From IMG/VR virus record IMGVR_UViG_3300050513_000092: DNA of 20,000 nucleotides. One strand, 5' to 3'. The stretch's first letter is position 1; every line of letters starts with the position of its first letter. The notes under the pieces were generated by a model. The model had not been told where the DNA came from and made no database searches. It was given only the letters and a program-made list of their open reading frames with translations. This DNA is from an uncultured virus (IMG/VR IMGVR_UViG_3300050513_000092). Taxonomy: Duplodnaviria; Heunggongvirae; Uroviricota; Caudoviricetes. A program made the position numbers and the translations under genes. Below, one piece after another: positions 15,100 to 20,000 of the stretch.

Positions 15100-15523
15100 C
15101 CGTTCGGCGCAGTCTAGCAGCCGCGGCCCGGCGCTCGACTCCTTCGTCTGCGCGAACCGCACCTGAGCTGCGTGCCACCTTGATGAAGTATCCGACCGGG
15201 GTGTGGGGCCGAGCGTGGACCGTCTGCTGCACGGCCTCGAGGAAGGCGTAGGCACATTCCTTCTTGTCGAACGGGCAGCGGTCGCTGTCGCCGTAGGGGT
15301 TCAGCAGGCGGCAGTGATGACGCCGCCACATGTTGCGGAGATCTCCGAACGGGGTCTTGCCGCCTATCCCCAGTTTCCACAGCTCGTCGACCTTCTTGTC
15401 GATAACTTCGGTGACAAAGCCCTTGCGGAAAATGCACTCCACGGGCTTTACTCGCGGAGTACCCTTCCGCCCCCGGGTTCTGGCGGCTGACACGGACGTC
15501 ACGATCCGGGGAACTGAAGACAC
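15086..15523 (-). CDS. hypothetical protein (Cys cluster, 'PVGYF' motif reminiscent of replication-initiator C-termini)
   Basis: 145-aa ORF whose true start may lie downstream. The functional hint is weak. Confidence 0.5.
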   Translation of the reverse strand: MSSVPRIVTSVSAARTRGRKGTPRVKPVECIFRKGFVTEVIDKKVDELWKLGIGGKTPFGDLRNMWRRHHCRLLNPYGDSDRCPFDKKECAYAFLEAVQQTVHARPHTPVGYFIKVARSSGAVRADEGVERRAAAARLRRTDVHL

Positions 15524-15560
15524 ATGAAGAGGCCCCCGCCCCGGGATCGGGACGAGGGCC
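15524..15560 (-). terminator. 13-bp GC hairpin with short U-rich tail (terminator/attenuator-like)
   Basis: The minus strand reads GGCCCTCGTCCCG-ATCC-CGGGGCGGGGGCC-TCTTCAT. Two G-U pairs form only on the minus strand. Confidence 0.55.
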
Positions 15561-15593
15561 GATTGAAGTGCGGTGCTGCGCCCTTCAAGAGAT

Positions 15594-15622
15594 ACGCTAC
15601 CACAGCCCCAAGGCCCAGGCTA
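15594..15622 (-). promoter_or_regulatory. putative sigma70-type promoter with extended -10
   Basis: The minus strand reads TAGCCT-17 nt-TAGCGT, with TGTGG immediately before the -10. Confidence 0.45.
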
Positions 15623-15865
15623 GGCTCCAGTGGACACCAGCGGACCACTGCGGACCGAAGAGGCGATTCGGACGGCACACCGAGCGGAGCGACTACCGGC
15701 TCCGAGACACCCGACCTAGAGAAACCCGTCAGGGGCGCGAGCCCGGGCGCGTTGAGCGATACGGTTACTGCTGACCGGGGCCGTGCTCGACGACGATGCC
15801 GACGACCAACCGACGCCGACCGCATCACGCCTTCCCGCAAGGGGGGCGTGTGCCTCGAACGCACC

Positions 15866-16216
15866 TCAACCGCCCGCATCGGTGATGACCACGAACTCGA
15901 TCTCGTCCGGATGGAAGTCGTCGAAATCGTCGAAGTGACAGGTGATCCCCGCCCGCCTCGCAAAAGCAATCTTTGTCGCTCGCATGTCGGCCAGACCGAC
16001 AACCCCGGCCTGGCGCATGTCCTCCGCGTTGTAGAAGAAGTCAGGCTCCGGGAAGCCCCTGGCCGCCCATAGCCGCAAATCCGCGGCGCGGAGCTCTTCG
16101 CTGTGCGCTGTGAGCACGCCAACGTCGTGCCCGTCAAGCTGGAGCGCATTCGCGAGCGCGATGAAGATCGCGCGATGCTTCCAGGCCGTCCCGTCGAGGT
16201 CGAAGCTCACCTTCAT
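15866..16216 (-). CDS. small cap-less HAD-superfamily phosphatase
   Basis: ATG 16216 (ATGA overlap). Motif I FDLDGT, II VLTAH, III K (ATKI) and IV HFDD. Confidence 0.82.
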   Translation of the reverse strand: MKVSFDLDGTAWKHRAIFIALANALQLDGHDVGVLTAHSEELRAADLRLWAARGFPEPDFFYNAEDMRQAGVVGLADMRATKIAFARRAGITCHFDDFDDFHPDEIEFVVITDAGG

Positions 16217-16572
16217 GCCAGCGCCTCGGCGAGCGCCTTGGCTGTCGGGGGAGGGTCGATGGCGAACCCGCGCTCCTTGCACAGCCTCGCGATCCACGTC
16301 ACCTCGCTCACATCGAGGCCGTCGATCAGTGCGATCCGGAGCTCTCCGTCGCGCTTCACCAGCGAACCGAGCTGGAACCGATCCGTCCGCCCGTAGTCCT
16401 CGTCGACTTCGCGCCACACCTCTGCCTGGACGAACACGGACGGAGTCTGTCCGCGCGATCGCCACCCCCGCGCCTTGGCGATGAACACGACAAGCCAGCG
16501 GGAGACCGCGCCGTCGTTCGATAGGATCATGGCCGCTGTTTGGATGTCGTCGACCTCGAGTCTGTCGTTCAT
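16213..16572 (-). CDS. hypothetical phage protein
   Basis: 119 aa, coupled at both ends. Confidence 0.7.
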   Translation of the reverse strand: MNDRLEVDDIQTAAMILSNDGAVSRWLVVFIAKARGWRSRGQTPSVFVQAEVWREVDEDYGRTDRFQLGSLVKRDGELRIALIDGLDVSEVTWIARLCKERGFAIDPPPTAKALAEALA

Positions 16573-16757
16573 GTGCCCGCTCCGATGATGGACTCGATGG
16601 TCTGGGAAAGCCGAACGGTCCCCGACATGGGGTCCAGGCGGGCCTTGATCGTCCGCAGCGTCTCCACCGCAGGCGGCGGCGGAGGTGCCTTTATCTGTGC
16701 GTCGGCGGACCCCATGTCGGTCTCCGCCTTGCCTCTGCTGAACAGCTCTCCGATCAC
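16569..16757 (-). CDS. hypothetical phage protein
   Basis: 62 aa with GTGA/ATGA overlaps and a GGAGG SD. Confidence 0.6.
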   Translation of the reverse strand: MIGELFSRGKAETDMGSADAQIKAPPPPPAVETLRTIKARLDPMSGTVRLSQTIESIIGAGT

Positions 16758-17422
16758 AATGAATCAGCCTCCTTCAGCTCTCTAACCTTGGATTCCACCG
16801 CCCGCTTTGCTTCTTCGCGCGCGGTGCGTCGTGCCAGGTCGGGATCCCCGCCAGCGGCGTAGGCCACTGGGACGATGCCTGATCCGAGGGTCCGCTCTGG
16901 CCGGGTCTCCCCATACTTGCCGTGGTACTTGGGCTGCTTGACCGACCAGAACCACCGAGACCTGTCGAAGTCAAGAGCGATCGTGCCGATGATCCGCTGC
17001 TTGGGGTTGCGGATCCAGAACTCGCAGCGGTATTCCGAGCGGATGGCAGACTCGAGCTGCCAGTCGCGCTTGTCCTCCTTCGGTTTCTTGGGCGGCGCTC
17101 CGGCGAACTGCCGCTGCTGCTCGTAGCTGCCTGGCGGCATGGAGCGACCGTGTTCGGCTGGTGGCAGCGAAGGTCGATCGGAGTCGCCATACAGCCCAGC
17201 CTGCTGAACGAGGCGGTACTGATGCACCGCTCGGGTGCGATCCGGGTGCGGGCGCTCTTGGATCAGATAGCCCTCGGCCTTCAGGTCGCGCAGGCGGCGC
17301 AGGCCCTCGGAGCCGCCGACCTCCTCGTTCGCAAGATCAGGCCCGTCGACCCACTGGTTGACGTTCTCACGCAGGAGCGCGAGTACCTGCTCCTTGCGGG
17401 TCAGGTCGGACAGGTTAGCCAT
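16754..17422 (-). CDS. winged-HTH domain protein
   Basis: N-terminal 'RKEQVLALLRE...GGSEGLRRLRDLKAEGYLIQER...YRLV', then a Pro-rich linker and an unknown C-domain. Confidence 0.7.
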   Translation of the reverse strand: MANLSDLTRKEQVLALLRENVNQWVDGPDLANEEVGGSEGLRRLRDLKAEGYLIQERPHPDRTRAVHQYRLVQQAGLYGDSDRPSLPPAEHGRSMPPGSYEQQRQFAGAPPKKPKEDKRDWQLESAIRSEYRCEFWIRNPKQRIIGTIALDFDRSRWFWSVKQPKYHGKYGETRPERTLGSGIVPVAYAAGGDPDLARRTAREEAKRAVESKVRELKEADSL

Positions 17423-17798
17423 CGTGCGTCTCCAACAGGTAGACCTTGGGGGTTACGTCCTTCGCCCTATCGAACCGGGACTGGCCCGCCGCGTAGCGCT
17501 CGATCACGTAGTCACCCCGGATCTGTGCGAGGACGCCATCGAGAAAGATCGCCTGGTAGGGCGGGACCACGGCTTTGTAGAGGAGGGTCCCATCTCGACG
17601 CCGGATCTCCACGATCTCGATCACCACAGTCTCTTCAGTGCCAAGACGCAGTTGGCGCACTTCACCCTGCGGCTTGGGGGTCCACGTCATCGGACCACGG
17701 ATGCCGCAGACCGAGAACGAGCTGCCCGGCATGTATGCGTGCGATGGATCGATCTCTCCGCGCCGCCATTCGACCTTGCGCCGCCGCTGGCCCTTCAT
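17415..17798 (-). CDS. hypothetical phage protein
   Basis: 127 aa, overlapping both neighbours. Confidence 0.65.
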   Translation of the reverse strand: MKGQRRRKVEWRRGEIDPSHAYMPGSSFSVCGIRGPMTWTPKPQGEVRQLRLGTEETVVIEIVEIRRRDGTLLYKAVVPPYQAIFLDGVLAQIRGDYVIERYAAGQSRFDRAKDVTPKVYLLETHDG

Positions 17799-18283
17799 TC
17801 GCCCCGCCCAGCTCTACGCTCTTGGCGATAGAGCTCCGTGATGATGTCGTCGACCATCGAGGGCGTCATTCCGAAGACGAGCAGGGTTCCCTCGAGCTCG
17901 ACGGGCTTCCTCGTCCACTTGGCGGCTACCTTCTGGATCACTGCGCGGACCTCCTTCTCGCCCCAGCCAGTCGGGGTTTCGTCCAGGTAGGCCATGATCG
18001 CCCTGCGGACGATCGCACTCAGGGTCGTGTCCTTCCTGCGAGCCACGTCGATCAGGCGGTTGCGGAGGCTGGGAGCCACCACCAGGCGGATCCAGCCGTA
18101 GCCAGCCCCTTCTTCGGACGGGACGAGTCCAGCCGACCCAACCGGACGACCGGAGCTGCGCTTCGGTGCTTGTCCGCAGACGATCCTGCCTGAGAGGATC
18201 ATCACCCGGCTGAACCCGCACTCCCTGCATCGGCCTGTTGCCGCGGACAGCTTGTGGGTCCGCAGCAGCTCTTCATCGGTCAT
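17795..18283 (-). CDS. ribbon-helix-helix (CopG-like) domain protein
   Basis: 'WIRLVVAPSLRNRLIDVARRKDTTLSAIVRRAIMAYLD', with an N-terminal H...CRECG motif. Confidence 0.7.
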   Translation of the reverse strand: MTDEELLRTHKLSAATGRCRECGFSRVMILSGRIVCGQAPKRSSGRPVGSAGLVPSEEGAGYGWIRLVVAPSLRNRLIDVARRKDTTLSAIVRRAIMAYLDETPTGWGEKEVRAVIQKVAAKWTRKPVELEGTLLVFGMTPSMVDDIITELYRQERRAGRGE

Positions 18284-18492
18284 CCATGGTCCGGCCTCTC
18301 ATAGCCGCACCGCGCGCACTCCGGTTGGAGCTTGGGGAACTGCTGCTCCACGAAGCCTTCGCACGATGCGATGTGATAGCCCAGGACACAGGGGCGACAT
18401 TGAAACCAGCGCTTTGGCACCTTGAAGCTGCATTCGCCCGCGCACACCACGCACTTGCACGGCTCGGTGAGCGGCTCAGCTCGGGTAGCCAC
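18280..18492 (-). CDS. small Cys-rich zinc-binding protein
   Basis: CKCVVC...CRPC...H...C...CARCG...H. Confidence 0.6.
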   Translation of the reverse strand: MATRAEPLTEPCKCVVCAGECSFKVPKRWFQCRPCVLGYHIASCEGFVEQQFPKLQPECARCGYERPDHG

Positions 18493-19528
18493 CGTCGGCG
18501 GCCTCGATGGCGGATAGATCGGGATCGAGGTCCGCGAGCAACTGCTCCTCGCTCTCTTCAGGCGCGGGCTGCGGAGCGTCCTTCTCGGCCTTGACCCGTG
18601 CGACCTCGTCAGCCATGGCCTGCGCCACCCTGCCGACCTGGTCGCCCGTGAGCGTCTTCATCCACTCGGTCAGGACGCGGCCCGCCTCGTCGTCGGCATC
18701 CATGCCATCGATCGTGTCGAAGATCTTGGTACCGAGGACGCGATCGAACATCTCGGCAGTGCCGCGCGGCCCGTACTCGAGCGCATGCGAGAACGCCTTG
18801 ATGGTCCGGATCTGGACCGCGGTCACATTGGTCTGGTGGCCGCCCTTCTCAGGCTGTGGGGCATTGCTCTGCCGGATGTTGACCGGACGGGCCGCGGCAG
18901 CGGGCGTCGTGTCCCGAGCAGCCATCTCGCCGAGCTGGTCGGTCTTGGTGAAGACCTCGGGATCGTCGCCCGTTGCGACCTGGAGGGTCTTCATAAAGAA
19001 GTACTTCAGGCCCCCCGTGTAGGACTTGTAGAGGCCCTTGTCGACGGTATCGCCGCCCTCGCCCGCCCACGGCACCGTGAAGACATCTCCTGGTTTGTCG
19101 GCGTTGATGACCGAGATCTCCATCGGGACGCGGGTGACGTACTGCTTGCCCGCCGTCTCGAAGCGCTGGACCTGGTCGTGCAGGATCCTCGGGATCACGA
19201 GCAGGTGGTACTTGCTCAGGAGCGGACCGATGAAGGCGTTCAGGTCCGCGTCGGTCGTGAACCAATACTTGTGGTGGTCGTTCCAGCCGCGCTTGGGGAT
19301 GATCCCCATCTCGCCGATCATGGCGTTCCAGCGCTGGTAGACGTTCAGCTCAGCGAGATCGTCTGCCTTGATTGGCTGCGGCACATAGAGCTCGAGGACG
19401 GGGACGCGTCCTTCGACGACCATGCCCTCCTTGGAGCTCCTGGTCGTCTGGCTGGGTCGTTTGGCGGTCTGCTCTTCGGGCGCCGATGTCTGCGGATCAG
19501 GCTTCTCGGCCTGCGGTTGCCTTGGCAC
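18476..19528 (-). CDS. erf: ERF-family single-strand annealing recombinase
   Basis: 'KRGWNDHHKYWF...GEGGDTVDKGLYKSYTGGLKYFFMKTLQVATGDDPE' is the ERF signature. Acidic C-terminal tail. Confidence 0.88.
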   Translation of the reverse strand: MPRQPQAEKPDPQTSAPEEQTAKRPSQTTRSSKEGMVVEGRVPVLELYVPQPIKADDLAELNVYQRWNAMIGEMGIIPKRGWNDHHKYWFTTDADLNAFIGPLLSKYHLLVIPRILHDQVQRFETAGKQYVTRVPMEISVINADKPGDVFTVPWAGEGGDTVDKGLYKSYTGGLKYFFMKTLQVATGDDPEVFTKTDQLGEMAARDTTPAAAARPVNIRQSNAPQPEKGGHQTNVTAVQIRTIKAFSHALEYGPRGTAEMFDRVLGTKIFDTIDGMDADDEAGRVLTEWMKTLTGDQVGRVAQAMADEVARVKAEKDAPQPAPEESEEQLLADLDPDLSAIEAADGGYPS

Positions 19529-19534
19529 TCCACG

Positions 19535-20000
19535 TCACCTCTGGTTCTGGTAGTAGGGACAGATCTGGCGGTAGCCGCACCAGGAGCACGCGCCGCTGGT
19601 GAGGCCGTTCGGATGGAAGCGGCCTGCGTTGATGGCCTCGTACACGCGGGCGACCACATCAGCGAAGACGGCGATCGCCGCATCGCTCACCGGGCCACCA
19701 GCGGGGATCGGGTAATAGGCGGGCTCCTGCTTCTTGTAGCGGACCAGGAAGTCGAGCTGGACGTCGGATTCAGTCTCTCCGGTGAGCGCCCGGTAGCCGA
19801 GCGCGTAGCCGGTCATCGCGAGTTGGTAGGTGCCTCCGTCAGTCGGCTTGCGAGCTGACGTCTTCCAGTCGCGGACCCTTCCCTTGTCGTCGGTGAGGTC
19901 GATGCTGCCCGAGTAGAGCATGCCATCGATCTCGAACTGGATCGGTGCCTCAACGAGCACCGGCATTATCCCAGGAGCAACTTCTCTGTGCTGCTTCTGG
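19535..20000 (-). CDS. PD-(D/E)XK exonuclease (RecB/Cas4-like), 5'-truncated by the window edge
   Basis: 'VE...GSIDL...VRDWKT...YQLAMTGY...CSWCGYRQIC'. The frame stays open to the window end, and the gene is adjacent to ERF. Confidence 0.88.
   Translation of the reverse strand, partial: QKQHREVAPGIMPVLVEAPIQFEIDGMLYSGSIDLTDDKGRVRDWKTSARKPTDGGTYQLAMTGYALGYRALTGETESDVQLDFLVRYKKQEPAYYPIPAGGPVSDAAIAVFADVVARVYEAINAGRFHPNGLTSGACSWCGYRQICPYYQNQR

Noticed and set aside
15514..15567. Hammerhead-like look on the + strand (CTGAAGA / ATGAAGA-GGCCC...GGGCC-GATT)
   Set aside because: The core needs CUGANGA directly before stem II and GAAA after it. Here the flanks are AUGAAGA and GAUU, and the stem pairs better on the minus strand.
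15600..15830. CRISPR- or TIGR-like array in the intergenic gap
   Set aside because: The repeats are only 5-7 nt and lack regular unit spacing.
15499..16149. 216-aa minus ORF spanning the intergenic gap
   Set aside because: It overlaps the HAD gene out of frame, has low-complexity Arg/Ser/Pro composition and no motif, and runs through promoter- and terminator-like elements.
9898..16216. Complete NtdABC/kanosamine operon (aminotransferase + dehydrogenase + HAD)
   Set aside because: The HAD gene is ~4 kb away and is a small cap-less type rather than the Cof-type NtdB. It is kept only as a minor alternative in the main finding.
16922..19858. Long + strand ORFs (16922-18193, 18785-19858 and similar shadows elsewhere)
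   Set aside because: They are antisense to well-supported coupled minus-strand genes and have Arg/Pro/Ala-rich or mirror composition, typical of high-GC shadow ORFs.
19535..20000. Cas4 as evidence of a CRISPR system
   Set aside because: There is no array or other cas gene. The nuclease sits next to ERF as a standard phage recombination exonuclease.

Overview
A GC-rich (about 65% by eye) tailed-phage or prophage segment with two convergent arms meeting at 7672-7675. The + arm (1-7675) holds late genes. These are a tail/baseplate protein, a lectin-tipped putative receptor-binding protein, two tandem paralogous tail hub-like proteins carrying different inserted modules, and a cluster of holin-like and other membrane genes with no recognisable endolysin. 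The - arm (7672-20000) is a tightly coupled early/middle operon. It encodes a PD-(D/E)XK nuclease, an ERF recombinase, RHH and wHTH proteins, a HAD phosphatase, three HNH proteins, RusA, a YspA/SLOG protein, a putative late regulator and a LexA-type DNA-binding domain. The most notable observations are four. (1) An intact DegT-family aminotransferase plus Gfo/Idh/MocA dehydrogenase pair (a 3-amino-sugar module) sits inside the phage operon. (2) A conserved phage gene is split by a 483-bp in-frame cassette bounded by GCCGCGG repeats. (3) A hairpin-dense ~340-bp non-coding region contains a promoter-leader-terminator unit. (4) An apparently catalytically dead mini prohead-protease-like ORF lies among the early genes. 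All family calls come from motif recognition by eye; no searches were run.
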